Positions 29,171-40,394 are shown, counted from the stretch's first letter. The stretch: DNA of 49,757 bases from Rubrivivax sp. (GCA_037443345.1 JBBION010000001.1:1-49757), one strand, 5' to 3'. The notes: a model not told the origin generated them from the sequence alone. A program made the numbers and translations.

Positions 29171-29191
29171 TACGATTGGGGTTAACCCTAG
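29171..29191 (+). promoter_or_regulatory. -10 TACGAT followed by palindrome GGGTTAACCC upstream of the GNAT gene
   Basis: TACGAT 29171-29176; perfect 10-bp palindrome 29179-29188. Confidence 0.5.
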
Positions 29192-29220
29192 TTCGCTCAC
29201 GTCTGGGCAAGGAGAACCAC

Positions 29221-29925
29221 ATGGGCTTCCCCGGTGACATGCTGAGCCGCCCCGGGCTGCGCGAACACCGCCATGGGCGCGGCGACGAGAGTCCGCCGCC
29301 CGCGTTTCGCTGGATTCCGATCCGCTCGCTCGCCGAGCGGCACCGCCCGCGCATCCTCGCGCACCTGATGGCGCTCGAAGCGCCCGACCGCTACCTGCGC
29401 TTCGGCCATCCGGCCGCCGATGCCCAGATCGCCCGCTACGTCGACGGGATCGACTTCGAGCGCGACGAGGTTTTCGGCATCTTCAACCGCCGACTCCAAC
29501 TGATCGCGCTCGCGCACCTCGCGCACCTCGGCGCGTCGCACGAGGCCGAGTTCGGCGTCTCGGTGTCGCCGAAGGCGCGCGGGCGCGGCTACGGTGCGCG
29601 CCTGTTCGACCACGCCGTGCTGCACGCGCGCAACCGCGGCGTCGACACGATGGTGATCCACGCGCTGAGCGAGAACACGGCGATGCTGCGCATCGCCCGC
29701 AACGCGGGCGCGACGATCGACCGCGCCGGCACCGATTCCGAAGCCCGCCTGCGGCTGCCGCCCGACGACGTCGCCTCCCACGTCAGCGAGATCGTCGAAG
29801 ACGGTGCCGCCGAGATCGACTACCGGCTGAAGGCGCAGGCGCGCCGCCTTGACGGCCTGATCGACGCGATCGCCGACGTCAAGGCGATGATCGGCGGCAA
29901 GAGCGGACGCGCCGGCGTCGACTGA
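29221..29925 (+). CDS. GNAT family N-acetyltransferase
   Basis: AAGGAG RBS; DRYLRFG, AEFGVSV, ARGRGYG, ENTAMLRIA. Confidence 0.9.
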   Translation: MGFPGDMLSRPGLREHRHGRGDESPPPAFRWIPIRSLAERHRPRILAHLMALEAPDRYLRFGHPAADAQIARYVDGIDFERDEVFGIFNRRLQLIALAHLAHLGASHEAEFGVSVSPKARGRGYGARLFDHAVLHARNRGVDTMVIHALSENTAMLRIARNAGATIDRAGTDSEARLRLPPDDVASHVSEIVEDGAAEIDYRLKAQARRLDGLIDAIADVKAMIGGKSGRAGVD

Positions 29926-30067
29926 CGACGGCCCGACAGCGGCAAACCGCACGAACCGGGGGCTGCCGACACATGGCGACGGCAGTAACATCTCCATGCA
30001 AGTTGTTGCCTCATGTGCGGTGCGCGCCGGCGGTCGTGGCGCTCACGGTGCGCCAACCCCGCCCCCG

Positions 30068-30994
30068 ATGATCGACACGACGCTACCTTCGTTGCTGGCG
30101 CTCGCCCTCGCGGCGCTGGCGTTGCTGGTGGCCGGGGCATTAGCCTGGCGCAGCCGCCGCGGCGACAGGCAGAAAGCCCTCCCCAGCGAGTGGGCGCTCA
30201 CCGCTCGACCGGTGTTCAACACCGAGGAGCGACGCCTGCATCGCCAACTGCGCGAGGCGCTGCCGCACCACGTCGTGCTCGCCAAGCTGCCGCTGGTGCG
30301 CTTCTGCCAGCCGACGGATCCGCACGAGGTGCGCTACTGGTACGACCTGCTCGGCTCGACCCACGTGACCTTCGCGATCTGCAGCCCCAACGGGCGCGTG
30401 CTCGCGGCGATCGACTTCGACCACGAGCGCAGCGGCTCGCGCCGGACGCTGCAGATCAAGCAGGCCGTTCTCGGTGCCTGCCGCATCCGCTATCTGCGCT
30501 GCTCGCCCGATCACCTGCCGTCGGTGCCCGAGTTGCAGCTGTTGGTGCCGCAAGCCAGCCTGGCGTCGCGCAGCCCGCAGGCAGCCGCGACGGTGAGCGG
30601 GTTCGGCGCACCGCCGCTGCGCGAGGAGCGCGAGCCGCTGCGGCCGACGGTGGCGCCCCGCCGCCCACGGCGGCCGCTGCTGTGGCAGGACTCGGGCTTC
30701 TTCCACGACTCGTTCTTCGGCGTCGACAGCCGCATGGACGCCAGCTACCCGAGCGAGTACAGCCCGTTCTCGTCGAAGACACTGGCGCCGCAGCCCGGAC
30801 TGCGCCGCGCCAACGGCCGCGCCGACGATCGCTTCGCGCCGCCGGCGACGCGGACCTCGCGCCCGATGCCGCTCGACAACGGCATCTGGCCCGAGGAGCA
30901 GCGCGACGTCGACGACGATCGCGACGACGACCACGACACGCGGCGCGAATTCGGCCGCGACACCCCGCGCTACGGCTCCGCCGGCGGGCGCTGA
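30068..30994 (+). CDS. DUF2726-like membrane-anchored protein with a long disordered C-terminus
   Basis: N-terminal TM, RPVFNTEER, VLAKLPLVRF, HVTFAIC, LGACRIRYLR. Confidence 0.75.
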   Translation: MIDTTLPSLLALALAALALLVAGALAWRSRRGDRQKALPSEWALTARPVFNTEERRLHRQLREALPHHVVLAKLPLVRFCQPTDPHEVRYWYDLLGSTHVTFAICSPNGRVLAAIDFDHERSGSRRTLQIKQAVLGACRIRYLRCSPDHLPSVPELQLLVPQASLASRSPQAAATVSGFGAPPLREEREPLRPTVAPRRPRRPLLWQDSGFFHDSFFGVDSRMDASYPSEYSPFSSKTLAPQPGLRRANGRADDRFAPPATRTSRPMPLDNGIWPEEQRDVDDDRDDDHDTRREFGRDTPRYGSAGGR

Positions 30995-30996
30995 CG

Positions 30997-32046
30997 GTGA
31001 CTGAAGCCGCTGCGCCGGGCGGCGACGCGCCGGGCGCCTTCGCCGCGCTCACGCCCGAACGCGTGCTCGACGCCCTCGCGGCGGCCGGCTGGTGCCCCGA
31101 CGGGCGGATGCTGCAGCTGAACTCGTACGAGAACCGCGTCTTCCAGCTCTACCTCGACGACGGCAGCGCGGTGGTGGCCAAGTTCTACCGTCCGCAACGC
31201 TGGAGCGACGCGCAGATCCTCGAGGAGCACGCCTTCGCGCTGGAGCTGGCGGCGGCCGACGTGCCCGTCGTCGCGCCCGAGCCGATGCCCGCCGGGCGGG
31301 TGGACATGCAGCGCATGCGCCTGGCAGGCACGCCGCCCACCCTCGGGACCGAGCTCGACAGCGGCTACCGCTTCAGCGTCAGCCGCCGTCACGCCGGCCG
31401 CTCGCCCGATCTGGAAGACCCGGCGGTAGCGGCCTGGCTCGGGCGCTTCATCGGCCGCCTGCACGCGGTCGGGGCGCGGCGGCCGTTCGCGCAGCGTCGC
31501 ACGCTCGAGCCCGCGACCTGGGGTGACGCGTCGCGCGACTGGCTGCTCGCCCACGACGCCGTCACGCCGGCCGAGCGCGCCGGCTGGCAGGCAGCCTGCA
31601 ACGCCGCGCTCGAGCTCGTCCACGCCGCCTTCGCCCGCGTGCACGGGCTGCGGATGCTGCGGCTGCACGGCGACTGCCACCTCGGCAACATCCTGTGGCG
31701 CGAGGTCGGCGACGACGGCGGCGGCCCGCACGTCGTCGACCTCGACGACGCCTGCAACGGCCCGGCGATGCAGGACCTGTGGATGCTGCAACCCGAAGGC
31801 CCGCACGCCGCCGTGGCCTGGGCCGCGCTGCTCGACGGCTACCGCGTCTTCATGCCGCTCGACGAGCGCGAGCTCGCGCTCGTCGAGCCGCTGCGCACGC
31901 TGCGCATGCTGCACCACAGCGCGTGGCTGGCGCGGCGCTGGCACGACCCGGCGTTCCCGGTGGCCTTCCCGTGGTTCGGCACGCCGGCCTACTGGAGCCA
32001 GCAGACGACGCAGCTGCGCGAGCAGGTCGAGCTGATGTCGACCTGA
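30997..32046 (+). CDS. srkA: Stress response Ser/Thr kinase SrkA/RdoA (APH-like)
   Basis: LNSYENRVFQ, KFYRPQRW, LRLHGDCHLGNILW, VDLDD, QDLWM, DPAFPVAFPWF. Confidence 0.93.
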   Translation: MTEAAAPGGDAPGAFAALTPERVLDALAAAGWCPDGRMLQLNSYENRVFQLYLDDGSAVVAKFYRPQRWSDAQILEEHAFALELAAADVPVVAPEPMPAGRVDMQRMRLAGTPPTLGTELDSGYRFSVSRRHAGRSPDLEDPAVAAWLGRFIGRLHAVGARRPFAQRRTLEPATWGDASRDWLLAHDAVTPAERAGWQAACNAALELVHAAFARVHGLRMLRLHGDCHLGNILWREVGDDGGGPHVVDLDDACNGPAMQDLWMLQPEGPHAAVAWAALLDGYRVFMPLDERELALVEPLRTLRMLHHSAWLARRWHDPAFPVAFPWFGTPAYWSQQTTQLREQVELMST

Positions 32047-32062
32047 GTGCCGGCGCGCACGA

Positions 32063-33946
32063 TCAGGCGCTCAGCAGCCGGGTCACGCGCTGCACGTAGG
32101 CCGCCGGATCCTCGAGCTGGCCCCCCTCCGCGAGCCAGGCCTGGTCGAACAGGATCTGCGCCAGGTCGTCGAAGCGCTCGTCGCTCTCGAGCCGCTTCAC
32201 GAGCGCGTGCTCGGGGTTGACCTCGAGGATCGGCTGCGACTTCGGCGCGCCCTGCCCGGCCTGCTTGAGCAGCCGCGCCAGGTGCGCGCTCATGTCGCCC
32301 TCGTCGACGACGATGCACGCCGACGACTCGACCAGCCGCGTCGTCACGCGCACGTCCTTCGCGCGGTCCTTCAGCGCCGTCTTCAGCCGCTCGAGCACCG
32401 GCTTGAACGCCTCGGCGACCTCCTCGGCGTGCTTCTTCTCCGCCTCGTCCTGCAGCTTGCCGAGGTCGAACGCGCCCTTGGCGACGCTTTGCAGCGGCTT
32501 GCCTTCGAACTCGTACAGGTGCGCGAGCATCCACTCGTCGACGCGGTCGACGAGCAGCAGCACCTCGATGCCCTTCTTGCGGAAGATCTCGAGCTGCGGG
32601 CTCGCCTTCGCGGCGGCGAGGCTGTCGGCGGTGACGTAGTAGATCGCCTCCTGGCCGTCCTTCATCCGGCTCACGTAGTCGGCGAAGCTGACGCCTTCGT
32701 CGGCGTGGGTCGACGCGAAGCGCAGCAGCTTGGCCAGGCGCTCCTGGTTCGCGTGGTCCTCGCCGACGCCCTCCTTCAGCACGGCACCGAACTCGCGCCA
32801 GAACTTCAGGTACTTCTCGCGCTCGGCGGCGTCGTCGCTGTCGGCCAGGCTCTCGAGCATCGACAGCACGCGCTTCGTGCAGCCCTCGCGGATCGCCTTC
32901 ACGTCGCGGCTTTCCTGCAGCAGCTCACGGCTGACGTTGAGCGGCAGGTCCGCCGAGTCGACGACACCCTTGACGAAGCGCAGGTACACCGGCATCAGCG
33001 CCTGTGCGTCGTCCATGATGAACACGCGCTTGACGTACAGCTTCACGCCGGCGTGCTTGTCGCGGTTCCACAGGTCGAACGGCGCCTTGGCCGGCACGTA
33101 CAGCAGCTGCGTGTACTCGGTGCGGCCCTCGACGCGGTTGTGCGTGTACGCCAGCGGCGGGTCGCTGTCGTAGCTGATCTGCTTGTAGAAGTCGACGTAC
33201 TGGGCGCCGGTGATCTCGCTCTTGGGCCGCGTCCACAGCGCCGCGGCCTTGTTGACCGTCTCCCACTCGTCGGACAGGCGGTACTCCTTCTTCTCGTCGT
33301 CCCACGCCTCCTTGCGCATCAGGATCGGCAGCGAGATGTGGTCGGAGTACTTGGCGATGATCGACTTGAGCCGCCAGGTCTTCGCGAACTCCTCCTCGCC
33401 GTCGCGCAGGTGCAGGATCACGTCGGTGCCGCGCTGCTCGCGCGTGATCGGCTCGACGTCGAACTCGCCGCTGCCGTCGCTGGTCCAGCGCACGCCTTCC
33501 GCGGGCTTGAGCCCCGCGCGGCGCGACTCGACGGTGATGCGGTCGGCGACGATGAAGCCCGAGTAGAAGCCGACGCCGAACTGGCCGATCAGGTTGGCGT
33601 CCTTCTTCTGCTCGCCCTCGAGCCGCGCCATGAACTCGCGCGTGCCGCTCTTGGCGATCGTACCCAGGTGCTGCACCGCCTCCTCGGCGCTCATGCCGAT
33701 GCCGTTGTCGCGGATCGTCACCGTCTTCGCGTCGGGGTCGAAGAAGACGCGGATCTCGAGGTTCGGCGCGTCCTCGTACAGCCCGGGCGCGTCGAGCGCC
33801 TCGAAGCGCAGCTTGTCGCAGGCGTCGCTGGCGTTGGACACCAGCTCGCGCAGGAAGATCTCCTTGTTGGAGTACAGCGAATGCGTGACCAGGTGCAGGA
33901 TCTGCTTGACCTCGGCCTGGAAGGACAGGGTTTGCTTCTCGCTCAT
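32063..33946 (-). CDS. htpG: Chaperone HtpG (Hsp90)
   Basis: [45 protein letters not shown]. Confidence 0.98.
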   Translation of the reverse strand: MSEKQTLSFQAEVKQILHLVTHSLYSNKEIFLRELVSNASDACDKLRFEALDAPGLYEDAPNLEIRVFFDPDAKTVTIRDNGIGMSAEEAVQHLGTIAKSGTREFMARLEGEQKKDANLIGQFGVGFYSGFIVADRITVESRRAGLKPAEGVRWTSDGSGEFDVEPITREQRGTDVILHLRDGEEEFAKTWRLKSIIAKYSDHISLPILMRKEAWDDEKKEYRLSDEWETVNKAAALWTRPKSEITGAQYVDFYKQISYDSDPPLAYTHNRVEGRTEYTQLLYVPAKAPFDLWNRDKHAGVKLYVKRVFIMDDAQALMPVYLRFVKGVVDSADLPLNVSRELLQESRDVKAIREGCTKRVLSMLESLADSDDAAEREKYLKFWREFGAVLKEGVGEDHANQERLAKLLRFASTHADEGVSFADYVSRMKDGQEAIYYVTADSLAAAKASPQLEIFRKKGIEVLLLVDRVDEWMLAHLYEFEGKPLQSVAKGAFDLGKLQDEAEKKHAEEVAEAFKPVLERLKTALKDRAKDVRVTTRLVESSACIVVDEGDMSAHLARLLKQAGQGAPKSQPILEVNPEHALVKRLESDERFDDLAQILFDQAWLAEGGQLEDPAAYVQRVTRLLSA

Positions 33947-33997
33947 CGTCGTTCGCGGTGTCGTCGAAAAGGCGCCCTCGCGCCGTCGGCGCGGCAG

Positions 33998-34023
33998 ATG
34001 AGGGCGGCTGCGAGGGCTTCAAG
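33998..34023 (-). promoter_or_regulatory. Sigma32 (RpoH) promoter of htpG
   Basis: Minus strand CTTGAA-N14-CCTCAT, against the consensus CTTGAA-N13/15-CCCCAT. Confidence 0.8.
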
Positions 34024-34035
34024 CCCCCGCCGTGG

Positions 34036-34320
34036 TCAGAGCACGACCTTGACCATCGGGTGCGTGCTGAGCGTGCGGTACAGCTCGTCGAGCTGCTCGC
34101 GGCTGGTCGCCGTCACGACGACGGTGAGCCCGAGGTAGTTGCCGCCGCGGCTGGGCCGCTCCTCGACCGTCGCCGGATCGAAGGCGGGGTCGAAACGCTG
34201 CACGACCTGCACGATCGCGGCCCGGAAACCCTCGACGTGCGCGCCCATCACCTTGATCGGGAACGCGCTCGGGTACTCGATCAGGCTCTGGTCGGGTGGA
34301 ATATCGCGCATCGGCCGCAC
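34036..34320 (-). CDS. ybeD: YbeD/DUF493 family protein
   Basis: LIEYPSAFPIKVMG, SRGGNYLGLT, HPMVKVVL; start may be ATG 34311. Confidence 0.92.
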   Translation of the reverse strand: MRPMRDIPPDQSLIEYPSAFPIKVMGAHVEGFRAAIVQVVQRFDPAFDPATVEERPSRGGNYLGLTVVVTATSREQLDELYRTLSTHPMVKVVL

Positions 34321-34380
34321 ACTCCGTACCGCTCTAAGAGTTGCCCGGAGGCACCTTCGCCGCAGGAGCGCAAGCCCATT

Positions 34381-34543
34381 CGGCGGCCGCCGCGGATCCG
34401 GCTTGCCCGGTTCGCTGGCGGGCCTTGCAGGCCGCGCCGAGCCTTGCGGCCCGGCCGCTCGCCAGGCACGACAGGTCCCCCGGGCCTTTCGTGTCCGGGC
34501 TCGCCCCCCTCGAGCGGGAGGCGCCGAAGGCGCTACGGGGCTG
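34381..34543 (-). repeat. Dispersed palindromic repeat family A, copy 5, with an ~80-bp nested hairpin insert
   Basis: Family halves CCCCGTAGCGCCTTCGGCGCCTCCCGCTCGAGGGGGG and CCGCCAGCGAACCGGGCAAGCCGGATCCGCGGCGGC are separated by 34422-34501. Confidence 0.82.
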
Positions 34544-34548
34544 GTCCA

Positions 34549-35436
34549 TCAAATCGACTGCTCGCGCTTGGCGCGCTGGTACGCCTCGTACAGCCGCGCG
34601 TAGACCGGCCCCGGCTTGCCGCGCAGCGCGCCATGGCCGACCGGCTCGCCGTCGATCTTCGTGGCCGCGAGCACCTCCTTGGTGGCCGAGCTCAGCAGCA
34701 CCTCGTCGGCCGCGAGGACGTCGGCCTCGCTGATCGGGCGCAGGTTGTAGCCGATACCTTCGTCCTCGCACAGCTCGCGCAGCAGCTCGTAGCGGATGCC
34801 CTCGAGCACGTGCTCGCTCTTCGGCGGCCCGAGCAGGGCGCCCTCGTGCACGATCCACACGTTGCTCGCGGCCGCCTCGGTCAGCCAGCCGTCGCGGAAC
34901 AGGATCGTCTCGACCGCGCCGTGGTCGGCCGAGATCTGGCGCGCCAGCACCGCGCCGAGCAGGCTGGTGCTCTTGATGTCGCCGCGCTCCCAGCGGAAGT
35001 CAGCCGCCGTCACGCACGCGACGCCGTGGTGGCGCTGCTCGGCCGTGGGCGGCTTCATCGGGCTGGCCATCATGAACACCGTCGGATCGATGTCCACCGG
35101 CATCACGTGGTCGCGCAGGGCGACGCCGCGCGTGACCTGCAGATAGACGAGCTGGTCCTCGGCGCCCTTCTTCTCGTGCAACGCGGCCACGAGCGCGCGG
35201 GCGCGCTCGAGCCACTGCTCGCGCGTGGCCGGCGCGGCGATGCGCACCTTGGCCAGGCTGCGCTCGAGCCGCGCCATGTGGCCGTCGAAGCGGAACATGC
35301 GCCGGCCGTAGACCGGGATCACCTCGTAGACGCCGTCGCCGAAGATGAAGCCGCGGTCGAGCACGCTGACCTTGGCGTCGCACAGGCGCAGGTAGTCGCC
35401 GTTGAGGAAGCACAGCGTGTCGGGCAGGGCGGTCAT
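34549..35436 (-). CDS. D-amino acid aminotransferase (PLP class IV)
   Basis: VLDRGFIFGDGVYEVI, YLQVTRG, RW..GDIKSTSLL, LEGIR, SSATKEV. Confidence 0.92.
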   Translation of the reverse strand: MTALPDTLCFLNGDYLRLCDAKVSVLDRGFIFGDGVYEVIPVYGRRMFRFDGHMARLERSLAKVRIAAPATREQWLERARALVAALHEKKGAEDQLVYLQVTRGVALRDHVMPVDIDPTVFMMASPMKPPTAEQRHHGVACVTAADFRWERGDIKSTSLLGAVLARQISADHGAVETILFRDGWLTEAAASNVWIVHEGALLGPPKSEHVLEGIRYELLRELCEDEGIGYNLRPISEADVLAADEVLLSSATKEVLAATKIDGEPVGHGALRGKPGPVYARLYEAYQRAKREQSI

Positions 35437-35503
35437 GACGGGCCTTTCGGTGGGCCTTCCGTGGCGGGCGTTGCCGTTCGGACGTTGCGTTCGGGCGGTC
35501 AGC

Positions 35504-36694
35504 TTAGCGGATCCACAGCCGCAGCGCATCCCAGGCGCGGCCGACGAGCCCCGCCTCGGGCACCGCCTCAAGCACGACCAGCGGCACCTCGCCCACCGGC
35601 GCGCCGGCGCGCGTGGCAATCTTCAGCGTGCCCACCCTCTGCCCCTGCGCCAGCGGCGCGACCAGCGGGTCGGTGCGCTCGATCCTCGTCTGCAGCCGGT
35701 CGGCCTCGCCGCGGGGCACCGCGAGCACGACGTCGCTGGCCACGCCGAGCGCCGCCTGGCGCCTGGCACCCTTCCACACCTCCGGCGTCGCGACGGGCTT
35801 GCCGCCGTCGAACAGCTTGATCGCGTCGAAGGCGCTGAAGCCCCAGTTCAGCAGCTTCTGGCTCTCGTTGGCGCGCGCCTCGCGCGACGCGGTGCCGAGC
35901 ACGACACTGAGCAGCCGGCGCGGCCCGGGGCCGGCGCCGCCGGGGCCCAGGTTGGGGAACTGCCGCACCGCGCTGGCCACGAGGCAGTAGCCGGCAGCCG
36001 CGGTGTAGCCGGTCTTCATGCCGTCGACGGTCGGGTCGCGGCGCAGCAGCAGGTTGCGGTTGTCCTGGCGGATGTTGTTGTAGGTGTACTCGCGCACCGC
36101 GTAGTAGCGGTAGTACTGCGGGAAGTCCTGGATGATGCGCGTGGCGATCGTCGCGATGTCGCGCGCACTGCTGCGGTGGCCGGGCTCGGTCATGCCGGTC
36201 ACGTTGCGGAACCCGGTGTTCTTCAGCCCCCAGGCCTGCACCTGGCGATTCATCATCGCGACGAAGGTCTCGACGCTGCCGGCCACGCCCTCGGCGAGCG
36301 CCACCGTCGCGTCGTTGCCCGACTGCACGATCATGCCGTGCAGCAGCTCGTCGACCTTGGGCGTCATCGTCGTGTTGATGAACATCAGCGACGGGTCGCC
36401 CTTGCGCTCGTCCCACGCGCGCTGGCTCACCGGCAGCGCCTGCTCCAGCGTGAGCTTGCCGTCGCGCAGCGCGGCAAACACGAGGTAGGCCGTCATCAGC
36501 TTGGTCAGCGATGCCGGGTCGGCCGGGGCGTCGGCGTCGCGCTCGGCCAGCGTCTGGCCGGTCGTCAGGTCGACGAGGACGTACTGGCGCGCGGCGATCT
36601 CGGGCGGCGACAGCGGCTGCGCGGCGGCGGCCGCCGCGGCCAGGGTCAGCGTCGTCGTGGCGAGGAGGCGTCGGAGGTTCGTGAACAGGGACAT
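35504..36694 (-). CDS. D-alanyl-D-alanine carboxypeptidase (PBP5/6, peptidase S11)
   Basis: Signal peptide, PASLTK (SxxK), SGN, KTG, PBP5 C-terminal domain. Confidence 0.95.
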   Translation of the reverse strand: MSLFTNLRRLLATTTLTLAAAAAAAQPLSPPEIAARQYVLVDLTTGQTLAERDADAPADPASLTKLMTAYLVFAALRDGKLTLEQALPVSQRAWDERKGDPSLMFINTTMTPKVDELLHGMIVQSGNDATVALAEGVAGSVETFVAMMNRQVQAWGLKNTGFRNVTGMTEPGHRSSARDIATIATRIIQDFPQYYRYYAVREYTYNNIRQDNRNLLLRRDPTVDGMKTGYTAAAGYCLVASAVRQFPNLGPGGAGPGPRRLLSVVLGTASREARANESQKLLNWGFSAFDAIKLFDGGKPVATPEVWKGARRQAALGVASDVVLAVPRGEADRLQTRIERTDPLVAPLAQGQRVGTLKIATRAGAPVGEVPLVVLEAVPEAGLVGRAWDALRLWIR

Positions 36695-36727
36695 GGATCC
36701 GTGGCAGGCAAGGTGCGGGCGCCGCGC

Positions 36728-37336
36728 TCACGCGGCGAAGGCGCGCACGACGATGGACTTGAGCAGCGGCAGCTGCCCGTGGAAGAAGTGACCGACCCCC
36801 GGCACGACGACGACGGGCAGCGCCTGCGGCCGCGCCCAGTCGAGCGTGGCGGCCAGCGGCACGACGTCGTCGGCCTCGCCGTGGACGACCAGCGTGTCCT
36901 CGGGTACCGCCGCGACGTCGAAGTTCCCCGTCGCCGGCCCGACGAGCACCAGCCGCGCGGCCGGCAGGTCGAGCCGCCGTGCCGCCTGCGACGCGACGTA
37001 ACCGCCGAACGAGAAGCCGCCGAGCACCAGCGGCAGCGCCGCGTCGCGCGACGCCGCGATCACCGCCAGCGCGTCGTCGACCTCGCCGCGGCCGGCGTCC
37101 CAGTGGCCCTGCGAGCCGCCGACGCCGCGGAAGTTGAAGCGCACGGTGCGGTGACCGACCTGGCGCAGCGCGCGCGCCAGCGTCTGCACGACCTTGTTGT
37201 CCATCGTGCCGCCGTGCAGCGGGTGCGGGTGGCACAGCACCGCCACGCCGCGCACGCCACCGGCGGGCTCCTCGACCGCGCACTCGACGGCGCCGGCCGG
37301 GCCGGCGACGACGCGCCGCTCGCCGCTCGCGTTCAC
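36728..37336 (-). CDS. Alpha/beta hydrolase
   Basis: HPHPLHGGTMDNKVV, RFNFRGVG, GFSFG, HGEADD, GHFFHG. Confidence 0.92.
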   Translation of the reverse strand: MNASGERRVVAGPAGAVECAVEEPAGGVRGVAVLCHPHPLHGGTMDNKVVQTLARALRQVGHRTVRFNFRGVGGSQGHWDAGRGEVDDALAVIAASRDAALPLVLGGFSFGGYVASQAARRLDLPAARLVLVGPATGNFDVAAVPEDTLVVHGEADDVVPLAATLDWARPQALPVVVVPGVGHFFHGQLPLLKSIVVRAFAA

Positions 37337-37355
37337 GGGCTGGATCGGCAACGCG

Positions 37356-37682
37356 TCAGCGACCGACGTCGGGCGGCAGCAGCAGCCGTTCGACGACGCG
37401 GCCGTGCTTCAGGTGCGACTCGACAATCTCGTCGATGTCGTGCTGGTCGACATAGCTGTACCACACCGCCTCGGGGTAGACGACGGCCACCGGCCCGCCG
37501 GCGCAGCGGTCGAGGCAGCCCGCCTTGTTGACCCGAACCTTGCCCGGCCCGAGCAGCCCCTCGGCCTTCGCGCTCGCCTTGCAGCGGTCGAACGCGGCCT
37601 GCGCGTCGTGCTGCGCACAGCACGCCTCGCCGCCTTCGCGCTGGTTCAGGCAGAAGAAGATGTGGCGCTCGTAGTAGCTCAT
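37356..37682 (-). CDS. Thioredoxin-like [2Fe-2S] ferredoxin
   Basis: HIFFCLN, ACC, GCLDRCAGGPVAVVYPEAVWY. Confidence 0.93.
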   Translation of the reverse strand: MSYYERHIFFCLNQREGGEACCAQHDAQAAFDRCKASAKAEGLLGPGKVRVNKAGCLDRCAGGPVAVVYPEAVWYSYVDQHDIDEIVESHLKHGRVVERLLLPPDVGR

Positions 37683-37715
37683 CGGCGGCATTGTAGGCAG
37701 CGGCGCCGCCGGGGC

Positions 37716-38828
37716 TCACGCGGCGCCGGGGCGCCCCAGGCGCGACAGCAGCCAGCCGAGTGCGACGTAGGGCCAGAACCAGCCGACCCACTGCGCCAGC
37801 CCGTGGAAGCGGATGAAGCGCCCCTGCTGCCAGCCCTGGAGGTTGTGCGCGTAGTACGCGTCGGTCGGGGCCATCGCGACGACGGCCACCAGCGCCGTCA
37901 GCGCGACGAGCGCGACGCCGGCCACCAGCCGTCGGCCCAGCGGCAGGCACAGCAGCGCCGCCGCGAGAGCGCCGACCAGCCCGGGGCCGACCGACGGTGT
38001 CCACCACGCGAACGCGTTGTCGGGCCCGTAGTTCATCGCGCTGGCCAGCGTCATCGTGCCCACCGCGACGCCGCCGGCGCCTGCAGCCAGCACCAGCCGG
38101 CGCCCGCCCGGGTGCGTGACCGTGTACGCGATCAGGCAGGGCACGAGCAGGCCGAGCGCCACCGCCATTGCCTCGACGAGCAGGCTCGGCCGCGGTACCG
38201 CCCCCGGCGGCAGCGCGAGGAAGGCCTGCGCCGGCTCGAACCACGGCGTGCCCGCGAGCGCCGCCAGCACCCAGCCACGCGCCTCGTCCCACACCTGCCC
38301 CAGGCCCAGCGGCACCGGCGTCGGGAACAGCAGCCCCAGCGGCCACAGCAGCAGCAGCGCGATCGCCCCGGCACTGTCGCGCACGAACCAGCGGTCGCGC
38401 CACGACTGCCAGCGCTCGAGCAGGCCGACGCCGTGCAGCGCCGCGCCGACCAGCGCGCCCAGCGTCGCGCCGGCCGCGTTGAGCGCGAGGTCGAGCAGCG
38501 ACGGCACGCGCGCCGGCAGGAACTGCTGCAGCACCTCGAGCGTGTACGACAGCAGTGCCGACGCGGCGACCGACGCGGCGAACGCGGCCCCCACGCGCCG
38601 GCCGCTGCGCACCGCGGCCACGTACAGCAGAAGGCCCAGCGGCAGGTAGCCGAGCAGGTTCGAGACGATGTCGAAGCGCGGGAACCACGCCGGCCAGGGC
38701 AGCCACAGCCAGGAGTCGGTGCCGCCCGGCGGCACGCGCCAGCCCGCGAACGGGAACAGGCTGGCGTAGACGACGACGAGGGCGAACGCGAACGCGAGCC
38801 AGGTGGCCGAGCTGCGCGCGCGCGTCAT
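37716..38828 (-). CDS. VanZ family multi-pass membrane protein
   Basis: YASLFPF, DIVSNLLGYLPLG, EVLQQFLPARVPSLLDLALNAAG. Confidence 0.88.
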   Translation of the reverse strand: MTRARSSATWLAFAFALVVVYASLFPFAGWRVPPGGTDSWLWLPWPAWFPRFDIVSNLLGYLPLGLLLYVAAVRSGRRVGAAFAASVAASALLSYTLEVLQQFLPARVPSLLDLALNAAGATLGALVGAALHGVGLLERWQSWRDRWFVRDSAGAIALLLLWPLGLLFPTPVPLGLGQVWDEARGWVLAALAGTPWFEPAQAFLALPPGAVPRPSLLVEAMAVALGLLVPCLIAYTVTHPGGRRLVLAAGAGGVAVGTMTLASAMNYGPDNAFAWWTPSVGPGLVGALAAALLCLPLGRRLVAGVALVALTALVAVVAMAPTDAYYAHNLQGWQQGRFIRFHGLAQWVGWFWPYVALGWLLSRLGRPGAA

Positions 38829-38856
38829 GCCCGTCGACCGTGGCGGCGAGTCGGCC

Positions 38857-40393
<1,537 letters not shown>

Positions 40394-40394
<1 letters not shown>

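Noticed and set aside
29981-30010. Imperfect inverted repeat GGCAGTAAC/GTTGTTGCC upstream of the DUF2726-like gene
   Set aside because: Needs G-U pairs, has no U-tail and matches no motif I recognise; insufficient support.
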